64,000 bases of DNA from NCBI GenBank assembly GCA_963762145.1, contig CAVXJS010000010.1:192001-256000 (forward strand), given 5' to 3'. Position numbers and translations under genes: made by a program. Shown one piece after another: positions 1 through 12,388 of this stretch (positions are counted from its first letter, which is position 1; every line of letters starts with the position of its first letter). This DNA is from an uncultured Candidatus Rokubacteria bacterium. Lineage in GTDB: Bacteria; Methylomirabilota; Methylomirabilia; Rokubacteriales; CSP1-6. The notes under the pieces are model-generated. The model searched no databases. It was not told where the DNA came from and was given only the letters and a program-made list of their open reading frames with translations.

Positions 1-2
1 TT

Positions 3-716
3 ACCGTCGAGTTCGACTTCGTCGACCACCGGCTCGTGCTCGAGACGAGCGACGGCGCGAGCCGGGCGGCGCCGCTGCGGCCCCAGGCGGTCGCGGAGTT
101 CTACCGGGAGTACCAGGGCCTGCTGGGCGAGCTCGGGGTCACCGTGAGGCTCTGGCCCGTGCCCGTCGAGGTGGAGCAGCCGATTCCGTTTCTCGAGGAC
201 CGGACTCACGCCTCGTACGAGCCCGGGCAGGCCCAGCGGTTCTTCCGGATGCTGTCGCACGCCGATCGGATCCTCAAGCGCTTCGCCGGGCGCTTCCTGG
301 GCAAGTCGAGCCCCGTGCACTTCTTCTGGGGTGCCTTCGATCTCGCGCTCACGCGGTTCTCCGGCCGGCGCGCGCCCGAGCACGATGCGAGCGAGTGGTG
401 GGTGCTCCGGGAGGCGAACTCCCACGAGGAGATCAGCCTCGGGTTCTGGCCCGGAAGCGGCGCGGTGCCGGAGCCGGCGTTCTACGCGTACGCGCGCCCC
501 GAGCCGCCGGGCCTGGCCGATGCCGCCATCTCGCCCGTCGGGGCGTACTACCAGCGCCAGCTCGCCGATTTCATCCTGCCGTACGAAGCCGTGCGCGGAG
601 CCGCGTCGCCGGACGCGGCGGTGCTGGAGTTCTACCAGAGCGCGTACGACCGGGCCGCCACCCTGGCGCGGTGGGATCGCGCGGCGCTGGACCGGCCACC
701 GGCCGAATGGCCCTGA
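3..716 (+). CDS. DUF5996-family protein, 5'-partial
   Basis: The frame is open from the window edge (TVEFDFVDHRL...). Motifs FLGKSSPVHFFWGAFDLALTRFSGRRAP and SHEEISLGFWPG...AFYAYARPEP are present. Confidence 0.8.
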   Translation, partial: TVEFDFVDHRLVLETSDGASRAAPLRPQAVAEFYREYQGLLGELGVTVRLWPVPVEVEQPIPFLEDRTHASYEPGQAQRFFRMLSHADRILKRFAGRFLGKSSPVHFFWGAFDLALTRFSGRRAPEHDASEWWVLREANSHEEISLGFWPGSGAVPEPAFYAYARPEPPGLADAAISPVGAYYQRQLADFILPYEAVRGAASPDAAVLEFYQSAYDRAATLARWDRAALDRPPAEWP

Positions 717-797
717 TCGGCTGATCGCGGTACTGTATGCGGCGCGCGGCCCCCTGAGCGGGCCCGCGACACGGGCCAGACCACGAGGAGCGATCGC

Positions 798-1685
798 ATG
801 CCACGGATCATCGACATGGAGTGCAGCGTGCCGTACGGAGCGAACGCGGCGGCGAAGGCCGCGGCACCGGAGCCGGCCGCGGCGGGGGCCACGGCGCAGC
901 CCGGGTACGGCATGGCCAACTACGGCCGGATCTTCCGCTCCCGCCGCGAAGGCGCCGATCATCGGCCGGAGGGCGATCTGGACGCCTATATGAAGCACAT
1001 TGCCACGCTCGGCATCGTGCGCTCGGTGCCGTTCGGTCTGCCCAACTCGGAGACGACGGAGCTCATGCGGCGGTTCCCCGGCCGCTTCATCGGGCTGGCC
1101 CGCATCAGCGTCATCGAGCACAAGGGCATGAGCGGGGTGCGGGAGCTCGAGCGCCTGGTGCGCGAGGAGGGCTTCAGCGCCCTCGGCATCTCCGCGCTGG
1201 TCGACTGCCTCCCGGCGAGCGACCGGCGCTACTACCCGCTCTACACCAAGGCGGCCGAGCTCGACATCCCGGTGCGCATCTACTCCTCGATGAACTACGC
1301 CAACGACCGGCCCTACGACCTCGGCCATCCGCGCAATCTCGACCAGGTCGCGATGGACTTCCCCGAGCTCAAGATCATCGGCGGGCTCGGCGGCTGGCCC
1401 TGGGTGAACGAGATGGTCGCGCTGGTGCGGCGGCATCCGAACCTGCACCTCGATACCTCCGCGCATCGCGCGCGGTACCTCGGCCAGCCGGGCTCGGGCT
1501 GGGAGATGCTGATCCAGTTCGGCAACACCCTGATCCAGGACAAGGTGATGGTCGGTCTGTCGGCCGGGCTGGTCGGGCAGCCGTACGAGACGCTGATCCA
1601 GGAATATCTCGGGCTGCCGCTGAAGGACGCGGTCAAGGAGAAGTGGCTCTACGGCAACGCGGCCCGCGTCTTCGGGCTGGCGTGA
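798..1685 (+). CDS. Amidohydrolase_2 family protein
   Basis: RBS GAGGAG; motifs YYPLYTKAAELDIPV, DFPELKII-GGWPW, HPNLHLDTS and KWLYGNAARVFGL. Confidence 0.85.
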   Translation: MPRIIDMECSVPYGANAAAKAAAPEPAAAGATAQPGYGMANYGRIFRSRREGADHRPEGDLDAYMKHIATLGIVRSVPFGLPNSETTELMRRFPGRFIGLARISVIEHKGMSGVRELERLVREEGFSALGISALVDCLPASDRRYYPLYTKAAELDIPVRIYSSMNYANDRPYDLGHPRNLDQVAMDFPELKIIGGLGGWPWVNEMVALVRRHPNLHLDTSAHRARYLGQPGSGWEMLIQFGNTLIQDKVMVGLSAGLVGQPYETLIQEYLGLPLKDAVKEKWLYGNAARVFGLA

Positions 1686-1692
1686 GGCGGCC

Positions 1693-4044
1693 ATGACGGA
1701 CGCGGTCACGCTGCCGGACGCCGGGCGCGGCGGCGCGCTCGCCGGGCTCGTCGTCGTCGAGCTGGGGCACACGCCGGCCGGCGAGCTGGCGGGTGGGCTG
1801 CTCGCCGATCTCGGGGCCACCGTCATCAAGATCGAGCCGTCCGGCGGCTCGCCCATGCGACAGCGCGGCCCCGGGCTCCCCGGGGAGGACGCGCTCGCCT
1901 TCCAGTCGGAGAATCGCGGCAAGTACTCGGTGCGGGCCGAGCTGGGCGTGCTCGCCTCCGAGCCCTGGCTCGCGCGGCTCCTGGCGACCGCCGACGCGCT
2001 GATCGAGGACCTGGGGCCGGGGCAGCTCGAGGCGGCCGGGCTCTCGCCGGCGGAGCTCGAGCGCCGCAACCCGCGGCTCGTCACCCTGCGCATCTCGCCC
2101 TTCGGCCAGACCGGGCCGCTGGCGGCCGAGCGCGGCGACGACCGCATCGCCCAGGCCTTCTCCGGCGTGCAGTTCGTGACCGGGTTCCCGGATCGCGCGC
2201 CGCTGCCGGTCACGGTGCCGCTGGCCGAGAGCTGGACCGCCATCCACGGCGCGAGCGGGCTCCTGATGGCGGTCTTCCACGCCCGACGCAGCGGGCACGG
2301 GCAGGTCGTGGATCTCGGCCTCTACCAGACCGCGCTGCGGATGCAGGAGGAGGTCGTCGTCCGCCACGATCGGAGCGGGGCGGTGGCCGAGCGCCTCGGC
2401 ACCGAGTCGCCCATCGTGGTCCCGGCGAACGTGTACCGGACGCGCGACGGCGGATGGATCGCGGTCTCCGGCGCGGGCGACCAGCCCTTCGCCCGCCTCT
2501 GCGAGGCGATCGACGCGCCCGACGCGCCCAAGGATCCGCGCTTTGCCACTCCCGCCGCGCGGCTCTAGAACCGGCCGGCCTCCGACGAGCTGGTGGGTTC
2601 CTGGATCGCCCGGCACGACCACGCCGACGTCGAGGCCCGCTTCGCGAAGGTCGGCGTGGCGGGCACCGCGGTCCGCTCTGCCGACGACATCATCGCGGAC
2701 CCGCACGTGAAGGCGCGCGAGGCCATCCTGCGCCTCACGTCTGCGACCGGCCAGGAGTTCCTCGCTCCCGCGCCCGTGCCGATGCTCACCCGGACGCCGG
2801 TCTCGAGCCCGCGACGCGCCCCGAAGCTCGGCGAGCACACCGAGGCCGTGCGGTCGGCGATCGAGCGGATCGAGGCCCGGGCGCGAGTCGAGGCGCCGGA
2901 ACCGGCGGCATCCGAGGCGGCCTCCGAGTGGGGCCCCCTGCGCGGGCTCCGCGTGCTCGACCTCTCGCAGTGGCTGGCGGGCCCGGCCGCCGCCGCCCTG
3001 CTCGGCGACTTCGGCGCCGACGTGATCATGGTCGAGCTGCCGAGCGTCGCCGCGGACGCGCAGGGCCGCAAGAGCCCGGGCTTCGTGGTCACCAACCGCA
3101 ACAAGCGCAGCATCACGCTCGACGTGCGCGCCCCCGGCGGCCGCGAGGCGTTCCTCGCCCTGGCCGCGGCGAGCGACGTGATCGTGGAGAACTTCCGGCC
3201 CGGCACGCTCGAGCGCTGGAACCTCGCGCCCGCCACGCTCCTGGCGGTCAACCCGCGCCTCGTGCTCCTGCGCTCCTCCGGGTTCGGGCAGACCGGGCCG
3301 TACACCGCGCGCGCCGCGTTCAACCCGGTCGGTCTGGCCTTCGGCGGGCTCACCTACCTGAACGGCTGGCCGGACCGGCCGCCGCTCCGCGACGGGGTCA
3401 TGGCCGGCGACTACACGACGGCGCTCTTCAACGTGCTGGGCATGATGGCGGCGCTGCTGCGGCGCGACGTGGACGGTCAGGGGCAGGTGGTGGACACCGC
3501 CATGTTCCAGGCCGCGCTCCGGCTGACCGGTGATCTCCTGGCGGTGCGCAGCGCGCTCGGCCTCCGTCGCGAGCGCGCCGGCGGCGCGTCGCCGCTCTAT
3601 CCCGTCGGGATCACCGTCGAGGCCGCCGACGGCCGCTTCGTGGCGATATCGGCCCCGGCCTGGCCCGACGTCTCGGACGCGCTCGCGCGCCTGGGCCGGC
3701 GGCCGCCCCCGGATCGCGACGGTGTCCTGGAGGACGTGGCCAAGCTGGTCGGCACGCTGCCCGGTGCCGAAGCGGTGTCCACGCTGCGCGGAGCCGGCCT
3801 CGCCGCGAGCGCGGTCAACTCGGTGGCCGACCTCGTCCGCGAGCCGCATTGCTGGAGCCGCGGCGATCTGCTGCGGCTCGCCCATCCGGAGATGGGCGAG
3901 ATCGTCACCCAGGGGATCGTGCCGTCGCTCTCGCGCACCCCGGGCCGGGTGGCCGGCTGGTCGCGACAGCCGGGATCCGACAACGACGCCGTCCTCGGAG
4001 GGCTCCTGGGTTACACGACGGCGCGGATACTGGAGCTCGGATGA
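1693..4044 (+). pseudogene. Two-domain family III (CaiB/BaiF) CoA-transferase interrupted by an in-frame TAG at 2566-2568
   Basis: ORFs 1693-2568 and 2593-4044 share a frame. The reading DPRFATPAARL*NRPASDELVGSWI continues the first CaiB domain, and a second full domain starts at GPLRGLRVLDLSQWLAGP. Confidence 0.75.
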
Positions 4045-4077
4045 CGTCCTGACCGCTGCGGCGGCTCCGCGACCAGG

Positions 4078-5244
4078 TCAGCGGCCCAGGGGGACGTCGC
4101 GCAGCCGGAGCGTGAACGGTGCGGCCACCGCGCAGAGCAGGGCCATCACCAGGAACGCCTCCGCGCCCAGCCTTGCGTAGAGCCCGCCCGACGCCAGCGT
4201 GAGCAGCCCCGTGGTCACCGCCGCCCCGAGCGCGTACGTCGCCTGGGCCGTCGCGGCCAGATGTCGGGGCACGATCGCCGCGATGAGGCGCATGCAGGCG
4301 AGATGGAGCGCCGCGAACGTGAGCCCGTGGAGAGGCTGCGCGAGCGCGAGGACCACGAGCTCGGTGGTCAGCGCCATGGCCACCCAGCGCAGCACGCCGG
4401 CGCCGGCGGCGAGCGCGATGACGCCGGCCGGGCTCAGACGCGCCACGAGCCAGGGCCCGATCGCGAAGAACACGACGACCTCGGCGGCCACCGATTCCGA
4501 CCACAGCACGCTGGCCATGGACGGAGTGACGCCCGCCGCCCGCCAGCGGATGACCGCGAACGCGTCGTGCATCGCGTGGCTGCCGAGCACGAGTGCTGAG
4601 ACCAGCATCACGTAGCGGAACGGACGCAGACCGAGGAGCTCGCGCACGCCGCCCGGAGGAGGGTGCGCGGGCGCCGCGGTCGGGCGCTCTGGGCGGGCGA
4701 GGTCGGGCAGCCGCATGCCCGCGCCGGCCGCGCCGAGGAGCAGCGCCGCGTGCAAGACGACGATCGAGGGGAGCCCCCAGGCGCCGACCACCTGTCCACT
4801 GAGCAGCGTGCCCACGATGAACGCCGCCGAGCCCGTTCCGCGGGCCCACCCGTACTCGAACCGGGCCGCCGAGCCGCGGGGCCGGGCGACGGCCAGCGCG
4901 ATGGCATCGGCGAGCGTCGTGATGGGCGCCAGCGCAGCCGCGTGGAACGCGTTGATCGTCAACAGCAGCCAGAAGCCCGACGCCGGCAGCAGGCCGAGCG
5001 CGACCAGCGCGGCCAGCGCCGTGCAGATCACGAGGACGGCGCGCAGCGCCTGCGTGAGGTCCGCGAGCCGTCCGCACAGGGGTCCGGAGACCAGGCGGAC
5101 CGCGGTGCCGGCGGCGAACAGGATCCCGAGCTGCTCGGGCCCGAGACCGCGCCCCTCGAGGAACGCCGGCATGAACGGCGACGAGACCCCGAAGGCCGCG
5201 TACATCAGCGCGTACAGAGCGATGACCCGAGCGGGTGCGCTCAT
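4078..5244 (-). CDS. MFS transporter (HcaT/MFS_1_like)
   Basis: About 12 hydrophobic segments; YGWARGTGSAAF and QPLHGLTFA motifs. Confidence 0.85.
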   Translation of the reverse strand: MSAPARVIALYALMYAAFGVSSPFMPAFLEGRGLGPEQLGILFAAGTAVRLVSGPLCGRLADLTQALRAVLVICTALAALVALGLLPASGFWLLLTINAFHAAALAPITTLADAIALAVARPRGSAARFEYGWARGTGSAAFIVGTLLSGQVVGAWGLPSIVVLHAALLLGAAGAGMRLPDLARPERPTAAPAHPPPGGVRELLGLRPFRYVMLVSALVLGSHAMHDAFAVIRWRAAGVTPSMASVLWSESVAAEVVVFFAIGPWLVARLSPAGVIALAAGAGVLRWVAMALTTELVVLALAQPLHGLTFAALHLACMRLIAAIVPRHLAATAQATYALGAAVTTGLLTLASGGLYARLGAEAFLVMALLCAVAAPFTLRLRDVPLGR

Positions 5245-5269
5245 CTACCGAGATGGTATCGCCGCGAGC

Positions 5270-5285
5270 TGGCACCGCGGTTGCT
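5270..5285 (+). promoter_or_regulatory. Sigma-54 -24/-12 promoter
   Basis: TGGCAC-CGCGG-TTGCT is an exact consensus match, 47 nt before the ATG at 5333. Confidence 0.8.
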
Positions 5286-5332
5286 TTCCCGAGGGGCGTG
5301 GTGTCAATGCGATCCCAGGGAAGGAGACGGAC

Positions 5333-5833
5333 ATGATGCCGGAGAAGGCCACGGTGGAGCGAGCCGAGGAGGACAAGCGCGAGGGGAAGGCCCCGTCGAC
5401 GCAGGCGGGTGAGTTCGTGCGCGAGGAGATGCACCACGTCCGCGAGGGCAAGCACGGGGTGCGGTCCCCCGAGCAGGCGATCGCGATCGGCCTCTCGAAG
5501 GCGCGACGGGCCGGAGTGAATCTCCGGGCGCCGAAGAAGGGGAAGGCGTCGGCGAAGACGCGCCGCGATGCGAAACAGGCGCTGAAGCGTGGGCGGAAGG
5601 GGAAGAAGCCGTCGCCGGCGCGTTCGCGCGCGGCTCACGCGGCGCTGGAGCGCGAGGGACGCTCGGCCGCCTCGAGCGCGGCGGTGGGCCGCCACGCCCG
5701 TGCTGCCGCGCGCCGGCGCGGCCCCCGCGCCCGCGCGGCGGCGGCCGACAAGGCGGTCCGGACCAAGGGCCCGCGTCGCCGCTCCGCGGCGGCACGGAAG
5801 GCGGCGCGGACGCGCGCCCGCTCGGGGCGCTGA
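5333..5833 (+). CDS. Small basic DUF6496-like putative DNA-binding protein
   Basis: RBS AAGGAG; STQAGEFVREEMHHVREGKHGVRSPEQAIAIGLSKARRAG followed by a K/R/A-rich tail. Confidence 0.75.
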   Translation: MMPEKATVERAEEDKREGKAPSTQAGEFVREEMHHVREGKHGVRSPEQAIAIGLSKARRAGVNLRAPKKGKASAKTRRDAKQALKRGRKGKKPSPARSRAAHAALEREGRSAASSAAVGRHARAAARRRGPRARAAAADKAVRTKGPRRRSAAARKAARTRARSGR

Positions 5834-5936
5834 GGGACGGCGCCGAGTACGTTCTTACCCGGTAGGATCGCGCCGGTGGGTTTTCTTGCCGACCGCCGGC
5901 GCGACACCACTTCGTCAAAGAGAACAGGAGGTCCGC

Positions 5937-6089
5937 ATGATCCGCCAGCTCCCTTCCGGTGAGTACCGGCTCTATTCCCGCAAGAAGAATCCGCGCACGG
6001 GACGCCGCCGCAACCTGGGCACGTTCAAGACGCGCGCGGCCGCCCTGCGTCACGAGCGGGCGGTGCAGTTCTTCAAGCGCGCGGGCTGA
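5937..6089 (+). CDS. 50-aa basic hypothetical protein
   Basis: RBS AGGAGG; MIRQLPSGEYRLYSRKKNPRTGRRRNLGTFKTRAAALRHERAVQFFKRAG. Confidence 0.75.
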   Translation: MIRQLPSGEYRLYSRKKNPRTGRRRNLGTFKTRAAALRHERAVQFFKRAG

Positions 6090-6095
6090 GGGCGC

Positions 6096-6896
6096 TCAGC
6101 CCCGGCCGGACTTCTCCACCGCGCCGCGATCTTGTAGATAGCGGGCGACGAGCCAGCAGATCAGCGCCCAGACCAGGCCGGCGCACCAGCCGGCCAGGAC
6201 GTCGGTCGGGTAGTGGACGCCCAGATAGACGCGGCTGCTCCCGATCAGGAACGTGGTGAGCAGGGCCACGGTGAGGACGTACACCTTGGTCCGGCGCCGC
6301 GCCGCGAAGCGAGCGAGCAGGGCGCCCAGGGTGAGGTACAGGATCGCGCCCAGCATGGAATGCCCGCTCGGGAAGCTCGGGGAGCTCACGGCGACCAGGT
6401 GCGGGACGACGTCGGGCCGGCCGCGGGCGAAGAGCTCCTTCATGAGCGTGCTGAGCAATCCGCCGCCCCCCACCGCCACCGTCACGAACACCGCGGCGCC
6501 GTGCTTCCGCTCCAGGACGAGGTATCCGAGCGCGAACAGCGTCACGGCCACCAGGATCGAGCGGCCACCGAGGGCCGTGATGTCGTGCGCCGCCTCCGCG
6601 ACCCACGCCGGGCCGATGGGCACGTGCGGCTGACCGGGGATCCGGAGCAGGCCGAGGAGCCACTCGTCGAGATCGCCCAGCTCGCCCGCGGCGAGCTCCT
6701 CCGCGATCTTGAAGAAGGCGAACAGCGCCAGCAGCACGCCCAGCACCGCCACGAGCACGGAGGCTTCCTGACGGAGGAGCCAGCGCACCCCGGTCTCGAC
6801 GCCGTGACGAACGGCGCGCACGGTCTGCCGCGCGCCGTGGACGTGCCGGCGGCGCCGCTCCTGGTGACCGCTGGTCGGGCTAGCGCTCGATTTCAC
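6096..6896 (-). CDS. PAP2-family membrane phosphatase
   Basis: Catalytic motifs KxxxxRGRP, SFPSGH and SRVYLGVHYPTDV. Confidence 0.9.
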   Translation of the reverse strand: MKSSASPTSGHQERRRRHVHGARQTVRAVRHGVETGVRWLLRQEASVLVAVLGVLLALFAFFKIAEELAAGELGDLDEWLLGLLRIPGQPHVPIGPAWVAEAAHDITALGGRSILVAVTLFALGYLVLERKHGAAVFVTVAVGGGGLLSTLMKELFARGRPDVVPHLVAVSSPSFPSGHSMLGAILYLTLGALLARFAARRRTKVYVLTVALLTTFLIGSSRVYLGVHYPTDVLAGWCAGLVWALICWLVARYLQDRGAVEKSGRG

Positions 6897-7073
6897 GTGG
6901 TCCCGCCCTTCGCCCCATCGTAAATGATGCCGTCGCGGATGCTAGCCGGAGCGCCGGCTCGAGGGCGCAGGTTACCTGGGTGCGAGTAAGTCTTACCGGT
7001 TGCACCCCGACTGCCTCCGCGAGCGCTCGCTGAAAGTGTTCGACTTTGTGAGGCTCGGGCTGCCACGGCATCG

Positions 7074-7089
7074 TGGCACAGTGATTGCC
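7074..7089 (+). promoter_or_regulatory. Sigma-54 -24/-12 promoter
   Basis: TGGCAC-AGTGA-TTGCC lies just upstream of RBS GAGGAGG and the GTG at 7114. Palindrome GTAAGTCTTAC is at 6986-6996. Confidence 0.8.
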
Positions 7090-7113
7090 TGCCAGAGCGG
7101 CGAGGAGGCGTCC

Positions 7114-7665
7114 GTGCACAATTCGCTGCTGCGGGGAGCGCTCGTGGGCCTTCTGCTGATCCCGGTTCTGGCCGGGTGCGTCATCCCTTCCTCGACCACG
7201 CCGCCCACGGCTGAAGTGTTTGCCGCCGATGCCCGCGCGCTCGCCTACGGCCGGACGGCCAAGGAAGTCCTGGAGAATCCCCAGCTCCAGGACAAGCTGC
7301 GCGCGCTGTTCGCCGCCGACTGGAACCCGCCCACCCCGGGAGGGGTCGGCAAGCTGACGCTGGCCGCCCCGCAGTACTTCGAGACGGGCGGGCCCCTGCG
7401 CATGGTCCGCGTCGGGTCTGCCAACTACATCGCCATCACCGGGTGCGCGACGCAGTCCTGCCCGAGCCGCCGCGGGCTCCTGCTGATCCGCGAGGACGGC
7501 GAGGAGCTGCTGGCGCGGCTCGACGACGGCGGCTTCTCGCATCACCATGCCTACGGCGTCGGCGCGGTCGGCGGCGCGGCGGCGTCCATGGCGGCGCTGG
7601 ATAGCGCCCTGGGAGCGCTCACGCGCGCCTCCGACGGGAATCCGTACCCACGCCCTGCGCCGTGA
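7114..7665 (+). CDS. Lipoprotein, Ivy-like fold suspected
   Basis: Lipobox VLAG-C; CxxxxC loop (GCATQSC) in an Ivy-like sequence context. Confidence 0.65.
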   Translation: MHNSLLRGALVGLLLIPVLAGCVIPSSTTPPTAEVFAADARALAYGRTAKEVLENPQLQDKLRALFAADWNPPTPGGVGKLTLAAPQYFETGGPLRMVRVGSANYIAITGCATQSCPSRRGLLLIREDGEELLARLDDGGFSHHHAYGVGAVGGAAASMAALDSALGALTRASDGNPYPRPAP

Positions 7666-7714
7666 GAGTCCGGCCGGGCGTGTTCACCGCCCGATAGTCA
7701 CAGGAGGGCCGGCA

Positions 7715-8164
7715 ATGAGGAAGCTACGCGAGATCATGCGGGCCGGGTTTCTCTTCATGGTGCAGCGCGATGCCACCGTGCGGGAGGCGGTGCAGGTGAT
7801 GACCGACAACAACGTCGGCATCGTGCTGGTGCTCGAGGGCGAGCGCCTGGTCGGCGTCTTCTCCGAGCGCGACGTGGTGCGGCGCGTGGTGGATCGCGGG
7901 CTCGATCCCGACCGCACGCCGGTGGGGGACGTCATGACCACCGAGATCGTCGTCGGCGATCCGGACGAGGACTACCAGTCCGCGATGCGCAAGATGGATC
8001 AGGCGAGCATCCGGCACCTGCTGGTGGTGAAGGGCGCGGAGATGCTCTCGATGATCTCGATCCGCGACCTGATCCGGGTCGACATGCAGGACAAGGGGGA
8101 GGAGATCCGGTTCTTGCGGGAGTATTTGTATCAGGTGCCGCAGGCCCCTGCGCAGATGAGCTAG
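7715..8164 (+). CDS. Stand-alone CBS-domain pair protein
   Basis: RBS AGGAGG; LVGVFSERDVVRR, VGDVMT and SIRDLI motifs. Confidence 0.9.
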   Translation: MRKLREIMRAGFLFMVQRDATVREAVQVMTDNNVGIVLVLEGERLVGVFSERDVVRRVVDRGLDPDRTPVGDVMTTEIVVGDPDEDYQSAMRKMDQASIRHLLVVKGAEMLSMISIRDLIRVDMQDKGEEIRFLREYLYQVPQAPAQMS

Positions 8165-8196
8165 CCGCCACCCCTGCGCCCCCTCAGCGTGCAACC

Positions 8197-8232
8197 CCCC
8201 TCACCCTGCCCTCTCCCCGGAGGGGAAAAGGG
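8197..8232 (+). repeat. REP-like hairpin (CCCCTCACCCTGCCCTCTCCCC-N-GGGGAGAGGG family), degenerate copy
   Basis: Lies between convergent genes and matches about 11 other copies in the window. Confidence 0.8.
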
Positions 8233-8242
8233 TTTAGGGGGG

Positions 8243-9013
8243 TCAGGCGTCCATTGCGGCTCGGTTGAGGGTGCGGCGGGGGGCCAGGGTGCTGCCGTGG
8301 TAGCGGGCGGTGAGCTGGGCGCGGCCGCGGAGCGCGAGCTTCTGGAAGATGTGGGTGAGGTGGGCCTTCACCGTGGCCTCGGTGATGCCGAGGCGATGGG
8401 CGGCCTCCTGATTGCTGAGCCCGCCCACGATGAGGTGGACGATCTCCTGCTCGCGGGGGCTCAGTCGCTCCCGGAACGCCAGCTTGCCCACAGGGGGTTT
8501 GACCGACCGGGCGGCCAGCTCCTCGACGGTCAGGGCGAGCACCCGCTTGCTGGCCCACACCTCGCCCTGGTGCACGACGCGGATCGCCTTGATCAGGCTC
8601 TCGACCGAGGCGCTCTTGGCGAGGATTCCGCGGGCCCCCGTCTTGAGGGCCTCGACGGCCCACCGCTCATCCCGGTCGGCGGCGGCCAGGATCACCCAGG
8701 GTCGCACCCCGTTCAGGCGAAGCTCGCGGCAGATGTCGAGGGCGCCGTCGGTCTGCGCGTCCACGAGCAGGATGTGCGGGAGGCTGCTGCGCAGCGGGTC
8801 TCGCATCGGCGGCGCGGTCAGCTCGGCGACGATCACCAGCGTCGGATCGCTCGCCAGGAGCCGATGCAGGCCGGAACGGAACAGGGAGCTATCGCTCAGG
8901 AGAGCGACGCGGACCGGTGTCGGCGCGACGATCGTCGGCGCCTTCACGAGCGAGTCACCGGCCCTAGCCACTGAGGGTTGCCCGTTGCGACGGATCATCA
9001 TTATCGGACCCAC
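8243..9013 (-). CDS. NarL/LuxR-family response regulator (start uncertain)
   Basis: Degenerate receiver domain plus HTH LSPREQEIVHLIVGGLSNQEAAHRLGITEATVKAHL. Confidence 0.9.
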   Translation of the reverse strand: MGPIMMIRRNGQPSVARAGDSLVKAPTIVAPTPVRVALLSDSSLFRSGLHRLLASDPTLVIVAELTAPPMRDPLRSSLPHILLVDAQTDGALDICRELRLNGVRPWVILAAADRDERWAVEALKTGARGILAKSASVESLIKAIRVVHQGEVWASKRVLALTVEELAARSVKPPVGKLAFRERLSPREQEIVHLIVGGLSNQEAAHRLGITEATVKAHLTHIFQKLALRGRAQLTARYHGSTLAPRRTLNRAAMDA

Positions 9014-9044
9014 GGCTCGCCGGCGCGGCGGTCGATCGCGGTGA

Positions 9045-9311
9045 TCATCGGAGCTCCTTCCTGATGCGTTGGATACCGAGTCGTTCCATCGTCTCCTCGT
9101 CCAGCTCCGAGAGGATCCGTCGGTGGATCGCCTCGACCTCCATGTCGGTCATGTCCTGAACCGCCCGGGTCTTTCCCCTGACGCAGGCGAGATGGGCGTA
9201 GATGCGGTTGTCCGTCGTCCGCGCCGTATCTCGGTTCGTGACCACATACTCCTGTTGGTCCAGGTCCACGAGTTCGTGGCATTCCGGACAGAGAAGGACT
9301 TCGGGAGCCAT
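9045..9311 (-). CDS. Small hypothetical protein with a putative Zn site
   Basis: CPEC...HLAC motif; fills the gap between the TPR and LuxR genes on the same strand. Confidence 0.65.
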   Translation of the reverse strand: MAPEVLLCPECHELVDLDQQEYVVTNRDTARTTDNRIYAHLACVRGKTRAVQDMTDMEVEAIHRRILSELDEETMERLGIQRIRKELR

Positions 9312-9324
9312 GGCTGGGTCGGGT

Positions 9325-12069
<2,745 letters not shown>

Positions 12070-12095
12070 CGTCTTCCCTCTGCGACTAGAGCGCT

Positions 12096-12350
12096 TCAGA
12101 GCCGTACGATGGCAACACCGTGCACAGCCAGCCACTCCGACACCTTGTTCCAGCCGGCCGGGTCATCCGTTTTCCATCTCGCGATGGCGGAACCGGGAAC
12201 GACGACCCAGGGGAGCCTCGTCTGGGTCACGCGCTCAACCAACTGGATCAAGTCGTGATTAGGTCCGAGCTCCGAGCGCAAGCTGTCTACCTGGCTGGCA
12301 GCGAGGCTGCGAAGATCTTGTTGTTCAGAGGACTGAGACACTTCAGCCAC
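12096..12350 (-). CDS. 84-aa hypothetical protein
   Basis: GTG start after AAAGGAG, directly downstream of a sigma-54 promoter; Trp-rich C-terminus. Confidence 0.7.
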   Translation of the reverse strand: MAEVSQSSEQQDLRSLAASQVDSLRSELGPNHDLIQLVERVTQTRLPWVVVPGSAIARWKTDDPAGWNKVSEWLAVHGVAIVRL

Positions 12351-12388
12351 GATGGAAAGCTCCTTTTTCGAGTAGTGGCAGGCGGAAA

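Noticed and set aside
2566-2568. Genome-wide TAG recoding
   Set aside because: Many intact genes here end at TAG (8164, 20007, 28821, 43480, 58112), and no pyl genes are in the window.
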